Source: Octopus bimaculoides (taxonomy: Eukaryota). From it: a stretch of DNA of 47,620 bases. The position numbers and the translations under genes are program-made. Below, one piece after another: positions 24,067 through 36,350 of the stretch. Each line of letters starts with the position of its first letter. Position 1 is the first letter of the stretch. The stretch lies in NCBI RefSeq assembly GCF_001194135.2, contig NC_068997.1, positions 41,666,002 to 41,713,621 on the forward strand, written 5' to 3'. The notes beneath the pieces were generated by a model. The model saw only the letters and a program-made list of their open reading frames with translations, did not search any database and was not told the DNA's origin.

Positions 24067-25207
24067 TACTTAGTTTATTTGCATATAGTTTATTTGCATA
24101 TATGTGTGTGTGTGTGTGTGTGTATGCGCGCGCGCGCGTACTTCATTGCCTACTAACTTTCTCCATGAAATGTACGTTTGTATTACGAGGTTATTGTTTG
24201 GGTTTAGTTGGGATGTACAGAAAGCTTTCAACACATCTCTATAATCCTTCCTAGTTCATTTTATGTGTTTTGCTTTAGAGTTTGTTTTTGATGGCACCCT
24301 GGATCTGGTACCTAGTAGATCGTTTTTTGTTGTTGTTTTTTTTTTCAGTTCTTGAGAGATTTTTCCAGCAGCTTACTTTTCGATCCCAGTCTGGTCCCCA
24401 TTGAATAACGCGGTCCTTGTTGTCCCGGGCGATGACCGATACGGCATGAGTTTTGGTTTGTCATTAAAGCATTGGCAGTGACAGTAGGAGACGGGTCTAT
24501 TTGTTCAGAGTTGACTTTTTGACCTGACACCGCTTTCTTGTTCTTCGAATGGATATGTTTATCATATTGTAGGCTGAATAGATCGAAAATCACCTCTATT
24601 TTTTTTTTTTTTTTTTAGTAGCTGTTTCCCGGCATAACAGTTTGGTTATATTTTAGACTTAGTGACTAGTTTGCTCCTTTTTATATTCGTTTGTCGGAAG
24701 TCGCTTTGTTTTTGTTTGGTACAGCGTCGTTTATGACACGTGTATTTTTCTTTTATTTTCCGTGTGTGCAGATGTGTGTCGTGTAGGCATTATTTATGTT
24801 GCTTATAAATATTAACATGTGCACATGGTTGTGTGGACAGTTGCATGTATAGGTAAGTATTCATATTACGTATTTACTGTCTAAGTGATGTTTCTTCCAG
24901 GTTTCCTAGTGCTGGTTTCAACTTCTCGCGTATGTTGCTTTGAGATATCGTGCATTTAAGAAAGATACTACAGTTTCTTTAACAATAAATCTTTCCGGCT
25001 TTTTAGTTCCTCTGCTTTAACAGAACTTTTCCCCACAGTTGTATTGCGAAATTTTCTTTCCATGGCACCGATGTTATTGGACTGAGTTTGTTTTGTGGTG
25101 AGAGCTTCTTAGTGTACGTCCATCTTCTTCTTCTTCTTACTATTATTATTATTAATATTATTATTATTCTTAATATTATTATTATTGTTGTTGTTATTAT
25201 TATTATT

Positions 25208-25420
25208 AAGACGGCGAGCTGGCAGAATTGTTAGCACGCCAGGCGAAATGCTTAGCGGTAATTCGTCCACCTTGACGTTCTGAATTCAAATTCCGCCGAG
25301 GTCGACTTTGCCTTTCATCCTTTTGGGGTCGATAAATTAAGTATCAGTGAAACACTGGGGTCGATTTTATCGACAAGTCCCCTCCCCAAAGTTTCAGGCC
25401 TTGTGCTTTTAGTAGCAATG
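25208..25420 (+). mobile_element. SINE family 2, full copy between (ATT)n tracts
   Basis: Head GGCGAGCTGGCAGAATTGTTAGC, B-box-like GAATTCAAATTC, conserved core and (ATT)n tail. A second partial core lies at 25474-25532. Confidence 0.92.
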
Positions 25421-25475
<55 letters not shown>

Positions 25476-25964
25476 TGCCGAGGTCGACTTTGCCTTTCAA
25501 CCTTTCGGCGTCGATAAACTAAGTACCAGTGATTATTATTATTATTCAGTTATTCAATGTTTCTAATGATACGTGTGTGTATGTATAAGAGCGAAAACAT
25601 TTCCATTATTTGAAGTTAGTCACCTTGTTCGTATTCCATTACTAAAACCAATTTCCTTTTTTACTCTTCTACAATTATCTTTATTGCCTGCATTGGGGAA
25701 AGAGAGAAGCGGAAAACCGTTCTACTACATCTTCAAACCAATGAACTGGATATAGACTATATCTTCAATATAATCCTGTTAGAATCCATTTAAAACTATA
25801 GAATTGTATTTTTTTTAAATGAAGTCAACAGAATCTAAAGCAAACGATTTTAAGATTTATTTTTAGACACAAAAACATCAGAACAAAATTAAAATTTAAA
25901 AAACGTACGATTGAGATAAAGGTTTAATCTGCACAAAAAATTCCATTGTAAGATGTACCCACCC

Positions 25965-26022
<58 letters not shown>

Positions 26023-26469
26023 NNNNNNNNNNNNNNNNNNNNNNNNNNNNNNNNNNNNNNNNNNNNNNNNNNNNNNNNNNNNNNNNNNNNNNNNNNNNNN
26101 NNNNNNNNNNNNNNNNNNNNNNNNNNNNNNNNNNNNNNNNNNNNNNNNNNNNNNNNNNNNNNNNNNNNNNNNNNNNNNNNNNNNNNNNNNNNNNNNNNNN
26201 NNNNNNNNNNNNNNNNNNNNNNNNNNNNNNNNNNNNNNNNNNNNNNNNNNNNNNNNNNNNNNNNNNNNNNNNNNNNNNNNNNNNNNNNNNNNNNNNNNNN
26301 NNNNNNNNNNNNNNNNNNNNNNNNNNNNNNNNNNNNNNNNNNNNNNNNNNNNNNNNNNNNNNNNNNNNNNNNNNNNNNNNNNNNNNNNNNNNNNNNNNNN
26401 NNNNNNNNNNNNNNNNNNNNNNNNNNNNNNNNNNNNNNNNNNNNNNNNNNNNNNNNNNNNNNNNNNNNT

Positions 26470-26664
26470 ATATATATACACACACACACACACACATATA
26501 CGACGGGTTTCTTTCAGTTTCTGTCTAACAAATCCGCTCACAATACTTTGGTCGGCCCAAGGCTACAGTAGAAGACACTTGCCCAAGGTGCCACGCAGTG
26601 AGACTGAAACCGGAACCATGTGGCTGGGAAGCAAGCTTCTTACCACAAAGCCACGCCTGCGCCT
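26470..26664 (-). mobile_element. SINE family 1, 5' half
   Basis: AGAAGACACTTGCCCAAGGTGCCACGCAGTG...CTTACCACAAAGCCACGCCTGCGCCT. Confidence 0.92.
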
Positions 26665-27479
26665 ATATATGTGATTTGTTTTTGTTTTTGTTTTTTTTAT
26701 AGATTGAGAAATTTTTCTCACATTGTCTCATAATGTGTCATATTGCCTTATATTGTCTCATATACTGACAACGTGAGGCAACAGCAATGACAACAAGAAT
26801 GTGATGGTTCGCACTTAGCCGAGAATTATGTCAAAGTAGTTAGAGCAAGTTCATTGGCAGATATATAAGAGGTTGATGTTTAACATCTCCGTTAGCACTT
26901 TGATGCTTCCTCAGAGTCAAATTGAACCTAACTTCCGGGTCTGTCATCCCTTTAACCTAATCTATCTCGAAAACCCTACAATCAAAAGGTAGAAAAATAA
27001 AACAAAAGTATGACTGCCTGGTACATGATGAATCGATGATCGATAACGTCGGAGATAGTGACATGTTTTTAGGTTCGGTACAGCCAGAACCAGGCAGCTA
27101 GAGTTGAATCCCTACTGCTCCCAAAAATGGTTCCATACTGCGTAGATAAACTTATCTCTATCGGAAATCTGTTATAACTGAAAATTAATTAAAATGGAAA
27201 ATAAGCATTATTTCATAAGTCAAGATAACGTAGCCTTGTGTTTACTTGGGGTGAGATAGTTACTTACATAGTATACATATGTATACATATATCCAATTTG
27301 TAAAGAAATAAAAAAGAACTTTCTCGAAATATCTGAATTTATTAAAAATGATTTCTTCAGATTCATAAACGTAATATTTTTTTCTGCAGAATTACATAGT
27401 TCGCAGGTTTTAGTTCAATGTGTAAACGACTTGCATGCTTCAAAAATTTTACATAGCATATTGATTACAGAACCACGTT

Positions 27480-28600
27480 CCTTCAATATCCAACCATAAT
27501 TAATTCGATGACATTTCCCTTTCTTTCTTCAAAGGCAAATATTAAGGAAATAACGGTGTTTAAATATGCCCTCTCATATGCCGACATAATGCTTGTAGCT
27601 ATTATGATTTTGAAATTTATACTGCTAAATTTAGATATCAGATTTTTCCTAAAGGTATCTAGCGTAATGACCATTACAGCCGTAGGATATGCCTTAACCA
27701 CCATCTCGATACATAAAAATAGTATGGTGGGGGGAGAACTTAGTTTTTAGGCCATCTAGTATAAAAAGCTCTACAACGATGTAAACAAGAGGGCATTTGC
27801 ACCAAAAACCAATATGAAAGTTTCTGTCATGGTATCTACCGCAGTAAATTTTGTTCTAACAGAACATCCGTGTTTAAGTGGGAATAAATATTACCTCCCG
27901 CTATTAATACTGCCTCTGTCGCTAATATATAATGTTTTACCCGTTATATTCTTAAACCAGTCTATTTACCATCTGCTTCAGTTATGTACTATTCCTAATT
28001 TTATTACTGATATTTCTTAATTTCTGTGTGGTGGTGGGGAGGAGGTACTAAGCCTATCACTGTCCAAACGGGAGTTATAAGTCTACCGGTGGGCTTGTTT
28101 GCAAAGTTGGGTTTCCCTATTAAAAGTTATAAAAGCTTCCCTTTTAGCTCAACATTCTGTCTCATCGCTAATTTTATTACACAATGCAAAGAGTTTGCCC
28201 TATTCATTTGTATCATTAATTTACTAGCATTCGTTTCTTTTATTGATTTATTAGAGATATTGTTATACAGCTACTTATCGTATTTATCATTCTTAACTTC
28301 ATATAAGTTGATAGCCTTATCAGAAAAAATGAACTTATTTTTAGAGCTTTTAAAGTTTCTAATATCAGTTTTAAATTTAACCTTGAAAGGGTTAGAATAG
28401 TTACGGAATTTAACGCCGGCTGCTATATCTAGAAGATAAGCTTCAAATTAAGCTAAATTTGTTATTCTAGCGGGACAGGTAATTACGTGTCTTTAAGTCG
28501 TAACGTTTCGTAGCAGTAGATATCAGCTCGTCATCTAATTATAAAGCCCTCCAGCGCGCTTATTTCACCAGGTCTCCGGCTTTCTCTTGCAGGGTCTTAA
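27480..28600 (-). mobile_element. Penelope-like element RT fragment (pseudogenised)
   Basis: Minus-strand frames give RWRAL, KFIFSDKAINLYEVKNDKYDK*LYNNI, GKPNFANKPTGRLITP (plus ~28075-28117), IDWFKNI, ELFILDGLKTKF...MYRDGG (plus 27700-27711, YRDD-like) and FRKNLISKF...FKIII. The order matches the ...KDHKxNFxNxPTCRLINP...LYRDDG... PLE RT signature as I recall it. Confidence 0.78.
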
Positions 28601-28604
28601 TACG

Positions 28605-28826
28605 GAGATTGGTTTCACAATTTCGCACAAGGTCAGTGATTTCGGGGGAGGAGTAAGTCGATTACATCGACTCCAGTGCTCGACTGGTACTTATTTTATC
28701 AGCCCCCGAAAGGATGAAAGGCAAAGTGGACCTCGACGAAATTTGAACACAGAACGTAAAGACCGACGAAATTTCGCTAAGCATTTTTGCCCGGCGTGCT
28801 AACGATTCCACCAGCTCGCCGCCTTG
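28605..28826 (-). mobile_element. SINE family 2 copy
   Basis: Reverse complement of the 25208-25420 structure. Confidence 0.92.
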
Positions 28827-29019
28827 ATCCTAATATAGAGATTATTAAACGATGAAGAGTAATCCATGTGGTATAAGTCTATTTTTGTATTGTTTTGGGT
28901 GAATCTTCAGAAGCAGCTTAACTTGTGTCTAACTTGCTAATCATATGCAGTGTAAGTTTTATCGTATTTGCATGGTAAATCCACAGGTTGGAGACGAAAC
29001 AATGATCTGTTCATTTTGT

Positions 29020-29435
29020 CTTTAATCTTTTATCTTTTATCTTATACTTCTTCCAGTTACTGGACGGCGGTCATGCTAGAGCACTGCCCTGAAGAGTTTT
29101 GGTCGAACAAATTGCCTCCATTTATTATAGTATTTTAAAGTCTGGTACTTATTCCGTTTGTCACTTTTTGCTGAACCGCTAAGTAAACTAACCAGCGCTG
29201 CTTGTCCCACACACACACACTCACACACACACTCACACAAACATATATACATATGTATTATGAATGTATCTGTACACAACGAGCTTCTACTCAGTTTCTG
29301 TAAACCGAATTCACCCACAAGGCATTCGTATGTCTGGGGCAATAGTAGAAGACACTTGCCCAAGGTGCAGCAGAATCGAGCTCGAAACCATGTGGTTGCA
29401 AACGCGAGCTTCTCAACTACACTGCCGTGCCTGCG
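29020..29435 (-). mobile_element. SINE family 1, diverged copy
   Basis: CATGCTAGAGCACTGCC, TTTTGCTGAACCGCTAAG and ATAGTAGAAGACACTTGCCCAAGGTGC are present. Confidence 0.88.
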
Positions 29436-29544
29436 CTGTAATAGGATCACCGAAAAAGCACTCAGGTTAGCGTATGTATGTATGTATGTATGTATGTATG
29501 TGCGTATGAATGTGTATGTATGCATCTGTGTATCTATCTATGTA

Positions 29545-30054
29545 TGTATGCATGTATATGTGTAGATTTGTATGCTTTTGTTTCGTGTGTGTTTCGTTTT
29601 ACCTATGCATTCTCATGCATATAAGTTGCATGCCTAGACATGTTCATATATTCTTAAAAGAAAAACTTGTGGAAAGTTTTACAGATTCTAATAGCGCCAG
29701 TGATGGCTTGGCCCTCTTGTCTTCGAATCAGTTTTCTCCATCTCGGTTTTGAAAAGCGTAATTTTCCAAGATTCGTACTTAGACAGTATGTTACATATCC
29801 CACTGCTCCAATAATTACGGGTATAAACCTGAACTCGCATTCTGGGTAGACTAATTATAGATTTCTCAATAGATTAGTGTAGGTATTTTCTTTTTCGCTG
29901 ATCTTTAGCTGGGTAACTGATTTCCGCAACTCTACACAGTTTTCCTTTTCTATCCCAAATCATTACGCCAGGTTTATTATGTTTACATTTTACTGAGGCT
30001 TTCACTGGGACATTCCACCTGCACTCCTTATTGTGAGTGGCTATGGCTTTCACC
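29545..30054 (-). mobile_element. 5'-truncated RLE LINE 3' end (ATAC-associated subfamily), copy 1
   Basis: Translates to WNVPVKASVKCKHNKPGVMIWDRKGKLCRVAEISYP. The 3' UTR is shared with 37105-37200, and (GTAT)n lies on both sides. Confidence 0.88.
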
Positions 30055-30360
30055 ATATATGTATGCAAGTATGTATGTATGTATGTATGTATGTATGTAT
30101 GTATGTATGTATGTGTGTATGTATGAATGTATGCGTGTATGTGTATGTATGTATGTGTGTTTGTGTATATATGTATGAATGTATGCGTGTATGTACGTAT
30201 GTATGTGTGCATGTATGTATGTGTGTTTGTGTATGTATATATGTATGTGCGTATGCATGTATGTATGTGTGTTTGTGTGCGTATGCAAGTATATATGTGT
30301 GTGCATTATGTATGTGTGCCTTATGTATATGTGTATTATGTACAGATGTGCGTGTGTGTG
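30055..30360. repeat. (GTAT)n degenerate microsatellite
   Basis: Read directly. Confidence 0.95.
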
Positions 30361-32132
30361 ACCGTGTATCATTAAAAAAGAACACGAGAAAAATATCCAA
30401 TACATAGTGTAGGTCATTTTATTTTTATATTCATCTTGCAAATAAAGGTGTTTACATTACTTGACGGTTATTTGATCACTCAGGCGGCAGTCGTTAATCT
30501 GTAATGAAAAACGTGATCTTATTCAAGGCGTTGTCGACACCTCATTGTTTAATTGACTAACACAAACTACGCACGTTACAAATAAGAGTAATAATTAACC
30601 ACTGAAAATAACATTTTTCTCATTCCTTGAGTTGATAGCAAAATTTTCATAGCAATTTGTTGGTGTGTTTTGTTTTATTTTGTCGTTAAATTTTCCGTGT
30701 GAGTTTCTTGATACTCGCTTTGTCATGGAAGAATATACTTTTCTTAAATAGAGAAGCAACTCCATTTAATTTGCTAACAAGAATTAACATCTCAATTGAT
30801 TTTATTTGATTTTATGTGTCGGAATTTTCGCTACTCCATGTGTACGTTCTGCTATCGATAGTTGCTTGTACGTTCTGCTATCGATAGTTCGAAATTCGTT
30901 CATATAGAAATAAAATTGACCTCTTGAAACTTATATTTCTTTGCATGGATACAAGACGAAAACGTATCTTTTGTCTTGTTCAAGATACAGCTAGAGTTAA
31001 AATCAAGAGTTTTCTAACCTCATATAGTTTAATAGTGGCTACCTGCGCTGTGGTATGCGTTGCTATGTAACAATATTTTATCGTAAAGTTGCCTCTTCTG
31101 TTTTTCAGCAACCAGATATACACAAACTGAAAAAGAATAAAAGTAATAAAATGGATGTCCATAAAATCCTTATTTATTTTAACGAAACACATTAAAACTA
31201 TAAAAATGAATTGAATAATAGCATGAAAGATTAGTAACACTGTTTGAGGTTTTAAGAGTTGAGTTTTCAGCCATCAGTATTCTGACACGGCTAAAATAGT
31301 TAGGTAGCATTTTGAAACACATCCTAAACCATCTGCGGTGATAACTTGCCATGAGTTTTTATCATTGTTCTGTAGAGTTACGAATCGATAAAGTCCCAAT
31401 CAACGAAATTTAAAATGGCTTGATCTGGTGATCTAGCTGTTTACGGATTGTTAGTCTCATGTCCAATCAACTGCTTTGGAAATCTTTCATACAGATTATT
31501 CTAAATTATTGATATAATGACAAAGGACGCTATCTTAGTAAAATATCAGTGCTAATTATTTCATCTGCAGTTAACTGATGCTCGAAGAATTACTGAAACA
31601 TGCCACAATAAACTGATCGTGTAATAGTAGCTTCAGCAAAGAACAAAGGTACACAAATCTTAAATCTTGTCGAACCCATCTAAATATTTACATTGACCTT
31701 AAATGAGTCCCTTTCCCAATGTTGGGCAAAATATTTTGGACGTTCATCTACTGAAATGAGAAAGTTGTGGGGATTTACTTTTCCACGCGTATGGAACGTT
31801 ACTTCATCACTGACCTGATGTCTATTAGGTTTTCACCGAAGATGCGTTTTGCGAAATCAGCAAATGCTCAACTTATTGCAGGAAAATTTCCATCCTATGA
31901 GCCATGACTCCTCCACACTTCACCGTATTCATTCTGAGAGTCGAGAATGGAACAGTCTTCATTAAAAAAAAAATAGGGATTTTACAGACTTGCTGAAGAA
32001 CTACATTCACCCGTATAGGACTTTACGGAAGTTGCAGACTTGCAGTTCCCTATAATGTGAACGAAAATAACATTTACACACCTGAAAGAATCTATTTAAA
32101 ACTTATAAAGAATTTGATTTTAAAATGACATC

Positions 32133-32525
32133 ATAGGTGTGGTTGTCTAGTAGGAAGTTTGCTTCCAAACCACATGGTTCCGGATTCAGTGCTTTCGCAT
32201 GGCCCCTTGGTCTCGCGTCTTCTATTATAGCCTCGGACCGACCAAAGCCTTGTGAGTGGATTTGATAGAAACCGAAAGAAGTCTGTCGTGTGTGTGAGGG
32301 AATGTCTTTGTCTCTGTGTTTGTTTCCCCCCTCATCGCTTGATAGCAGGTGTTGGTGTGGGCACGTACCTGTAACTTAGCGGTTCGGCAAAAGATACTAA
32401 TAGAATAAGTACCAAGATTTAAAAGAAATAAGTACTGGGGTCGATTCATTCGACTCAAAGATTTTCAAAGGTGTGCCCCAATATGGCCGCTCCGAATGAC
32501 CCGTCCTTGTTTTTTTCCTGTCCTT
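32133..32525 (+). mobile_element. SINE family 1 copy
   Basis: Head CCACATGGTTCCGGATTCAG, TATAGCCTCGGACCGACCAAAGCCTTGTGAGTGG and TTAGCGGTTCGGCAAAAG are present. Confidence 0.9.
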
Positions 32526-33119
32526 TTTGGTAACGNNNNNNNNNNNNNNNNNNNNNNNNNNNNNNNNNNNNNNNNNNNNNNNNNNNNNNNNNNNNNNNNN
32601 NNNNNNNNNNNNNNNNNNNNNNNNNNNNNNNNNNNNNNNNNNNNNNNNNNNNNNNNNNNNNNNNNNNNNNNNNNNNNNNNNNNNNNNNNNNNNNNNNNNN
32701 NNNNNNNNNNNNNNNNNNNNNNNNNNNNNNNNNNNNNNNNNNNNNNNNNNNNNNNNNNNNNNNNNNNNNNNNNNNNNNNNNNNNNNNNNNNNNNNNNNNN
32801 NNNNNNNNNNNNNNNNNNNNNNNNNNNNNNNNNNNNNNNNNNNNNNNNNNNNNNNNNNNNNNNNNNNNNNNNNNNNNNNNNNNNNNNNNNNNNNNNNNNN
32901 NNNNNNNNNNNNNNNNNNNNNNNNNNNNNNNNNNNNNNNNNNNNNNNNNNNNNNNNNNNNNNNNNNNNNNNNNNNNNNNNNNNNNNNNNNNNNNNNNNNN
33001 NNNNNNNNNNNNNNNNNNNNNNNNNNNNNNNNNNNNNNNNNNNNNNNNNNNNNNNNNNNNNNNNNNNNNNNNNNNNNNNNNNNNNNNNNNNNNNNNNNNN
33101 NNNNNNNNNNNNNNNNNNN

Positions 33120-33162
<43 letters not shown>

Positions 33163-33169
33163 TATATAC

Positions 33170-33221
<52 letters not shown>

Positions 33222-33254
33222 ATATATATATATGTATATATATATGCATATATG

Positions 33255-33402
33255 CACATGTACATACATACATACACGGTTTTCCATTCTATTTTTCTCA
33301 ACCAAATTTGACCAACAAGACACCTATGGTAAGTTCCGCACAGTAGGCTCGAACTGAGAACCCCATCGTTGTGTAGCTAACTTCTTAATCTCACAGCCAT
33401 GC
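33255..33402 (-). mobile_element. Degenerate SINE family 1 head
   Basis: GGTTTTCC...CCAAATTT...CGAACTGAGAACCCCATCGTTG...CTTCTTAATCTCACAGCCATGCC. Confidence 0.55.
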
Positions 33403-33879
33403 CTTACAAGACATAAATTAAACATCTTTTCGACTTTGAGAAAGCATTTTATACATTAATTATTTTAAAGTGTCCAACGGCCGTGTTTATTCTGAAAATA
33501 CTTGGGAATATTAGACCAGGAATTAATTCCTGGAGAAGCACGTTCTATGAGTTTACATCGGGTTTTTAATAATTAAAAATATTGATCCGTTCTTTACAAG
33601 AGAAAGAAACAATTTAGAAAAATCCATAAATTTTGTATTTCAAAATATTTTCTTACATATCAACAGCTTAGTGGAATATTTAATGTTGTAATTCCAGTGC
33701 ACACAGCAGAAATGGTAATGGTTGCGGTAATAGCACAGGTAGTGGAAATAATGGTGAGGGGGAGACGGGAGGAGAAGAGAAAGAAGGAAGGAAAGAGGAG
33801 GAGGAACAAGAAGGGGGAGGAAAGAGAGAGAAGGAAAAAGAAGCAGAGAAGGCGAGAAGGAGGAGGATACTGACAATAA

Positions 33880-34077
33880 TGGTGATTATGGGAATGACAA
33901 TGATGGTGGTAGCGGTGGTGTTGGTGATTACAGTGGGGTTAATGATGATGATGATGATGATGCTGATGGTTGTGGTGAAGATGGTAAGAAGGTGTTAGTA
34001 GCAGTAATGTGAGGAGGTTGCGGTGGTAGTGGTGGTGGTGGGAGGATGTTTGCGATACCAAATAATGGTGTCGATGA

Positions 34078-34111
<34 letters not shown>

Positions 34112-34560
34112 GGTGATGATGATGATGACAGTGATGGTGATGGTAGTAGTGGTGATGATGATGACGACGACGGTGATTATGAGGATGATGATGATGATTG
34201 TGGTGGTTGTGGTGGCGGTGATGACGATGATAATGATGACGACGACGATGATGACGACGATAGTGGTGGTGGTTGGTAGTGGTGGTGGTGGTGGTGGTGG
34301 TGGTGGTGGTGGTGATAATGATGATGATGATGATGATGACGTCGACGACGATGAAGACGTTACTGGAGGCGGTTGTTGTTGCTGGTGGGGGGATGAGGAG
34401 GAGGATATGACGATGATGGTGCTAGTGGTAATAGTCGTTGTGGCGCTAACGTTACTGATGGTATTATTTAGTGGTGGGAGCGATGATTACGACGACGACG
34501 ACGACGAGGATGACGGTGATGTTGAGGCTGATTGGGTGTGACGGTGGTGGTGGTGGCACT
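33880..34560. repeat. Compound (GAT/GGT/GAC)n trinucleotide tract
   Basis: Read directly; this is the source of the poly-D/G/M ORFs in the track. Confidence 0.95.
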
Positions 34561-34701
34561 AACAATGACAGATCAAAATGTCGCGGAATTAGTTGAAGAT
34601 TTTTCATGTAACACTGTTCTTTACATGTCAATCAGTGAAATCCTTCAGTAATATTGTGCAGCTGGGAATATTAATTTAGCTGTCACCTGTTGATATTCAC
34701 T

Positions 34702-34816
34702 CACGTGTCGACCCACGTGTAATTAATAAAAGTAAAAAAAAAAACAGAGCAGACTCGTTATAAATTTCTTCCTGCACCAAACAACCAGAAATTTGCTGTC
34801 ATTAAACAAGGTAAGA
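34702..34816 (+). promoter_or_regulatory. Candidate promoter: tandem E-boxes, TATA box, splice donor
   Basis: CACGTG at 34702-34707 and 34714-34719 (6-nt spacer), TATAAA at 34759-34764 and AAG|GTAAGA at 34810/34811. Confidence 0.3.
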
Positions 34817-35074
34817 CATCTTTTCTCCAACCCCATAAAAACCTTTTGCCAATCAAGGAAGCTCGACTTTGTTGCAAATTGTTGCCAAATTTCCTTCAAA
34901 TCTGCTCTATAGTCTACAAAACAAGGAACGACGGGGTCATGGGATTAGCTGGTTCGTGAAAACAAAATATCAGTGGCATTTACTTACGGTCTTTTCCTGA
35001 TGTTCTGGGTTCAAATCCGATGGAAGTTAACTTTGCCTTTCATCCTTCAAAGAACAGCACCAAGCTATCTGTTC

Positions 35075-36350
35075 TTTTCAACTAATTCTTTCCTAGAGAT
35101 TCTGGCCGTGGCAAGGAGGCAAATCTTTAGTAACAGTTCTACTGGGTACTCCATACCATTTCCTTCATATTTCTCTTGAGGCCTTCTGATATTGTCTCCA
35201 AGGTCCTAACTGGCACTATCTTCACCTTCTTCATTTTCCACTGTCGAGTCGAGCTATCTCGTATGTCTGTCTTTTCGCCTTCCTTAGTGGGTTAAGGGGA
35301 CACGCAACATCAATTACGGAGCACATTTGGTCCACTTTGTCCACCACCACCAGGTCCGGCTTATTGTGCTCAAGCACTTGGTCGGTTTGGATGGGGAAAT
35401 CTCACAGGATTTTGCCAATCTGCGACTCTGCCAATATCTGTGGTTTAGCTCATATCACGTCTTGCCTCTCTCAAACCCCCACTTTTCGCAGTTTCCAATG
35501 TAGCACTTCATCGTGTTGCTACAACTTGTATTGGTTTTGAGCAAGTGTAGGATATTCGTTCATGATATGGGCAATGGTCTCGCCAACTCTATTATAGATT
35601 CAGCGCAGAGGAGACACCTGCTCATTCCTAAGGTTGACCGTCCAGTTTGTGGTAAAAGCTTGGTCTTACGCTGTCACTATTGTGCTCCTAGTCTCTTTTC
35701 TCACTGTTCCCACATATGTTCTCCAGCAACTTCAGTTGTGGCTACACAGAATTGATTGCGTAGTTTTCTGTTGCACAGTGCTTCTTCGTGTCCTTCATGT
35801 ATTCCTTGTTTTATTCTTTTATTTTCCTGCTTTCAATATGCTTTCGTTTCTAACTGCCGCTAATATGTTTACCTCACTTTGGGATAGGAACCTCAACCAA
35901 TTCCCAAGTTCGAGATGCACACAGTCTTCCACACTTTTCATTCCCCTTCTTCCATTCGCTTTCTTCATGTATAAGGGATCATGTATAAGGGATCATGTAT
36001 AAGGGATCATGTATAAGGGATCAGAGCATGCTTGTAGATGATGGGCTTCATGCATTGTTAGGAGCTTTCTTGTCTTCCTGTCCAAATCCATTAGATCATC
36101 CTCTGTCCACTTCATAATTCTAGTAGCCATACCGAACCACTGCAACTCCGCGCGAGTTTATTGCCAAAATTATGTTTCTGTCGTTCAACTTTGAATTCAA
36201 TATTTTTCTCATTCGCCGCAGATACTCTTCCTTTGTTTTTCTTTACATCATTATACTTAATTCCATCTGCCCCAAGTATTCCCATGTATTTAAATCCGTA
36301 TTCAGGTTCAATCGCCTTAAATATTTCACCACTTAAGATTATGTTTCAAC
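35075..36350 (-). mobile_element. Second R4/Dong-like LINE 3' fragment (RT C-terminus and RLE)
   Basis: Translates to GFKYMGILGADGIK, LDRKTRKLLTMH, GMKSVEDC, DFPIQTDQVLEHNKPDLVVVDKV...IDVACP and ICLLATARISRK. Confidence 0.88.
35965..36023. repeat. Perfect 14-bp tandem repeat (TCATGTATAAGGGA) x4.2
   Basis: Four identical units counted directly. Confidence 0.97.

Noticed and set aside
24900-25110. Possible PLE linker remnant on the minus strand (KI...RN...CT...NI)
   Set aside because: It needs several frameshifts and stops, and the similarity is too weak to call by eye.
27508-28400. Plus-strand ORFs with YADI and YALTTISIHK, suggesting an RT or Pif1 helicase
   Set aside because: They are better explained as antisense to the minus-strand Penelope-like RT, which has many more collinear motifs.
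31880-32060. Tc1 transposase-like TVKCGG on the minus strand
   Set aside because: It is a single short motif with no DDE context or TIRs.
34023-34541. Poly-D/M/V/G/H/L/T ORFs here and at 5504, 13731, 14181, 15630, 39655 and 45124
   Set aside because: They are translations of trinucleotide microsatellites with no domain content.
35965-36023. CRISPR-like array (also considered for 6743-7230)
   Set aside because: There are no unique spacers and no cas genes, and the context is eukaryotic; these are plain tandem repeats.
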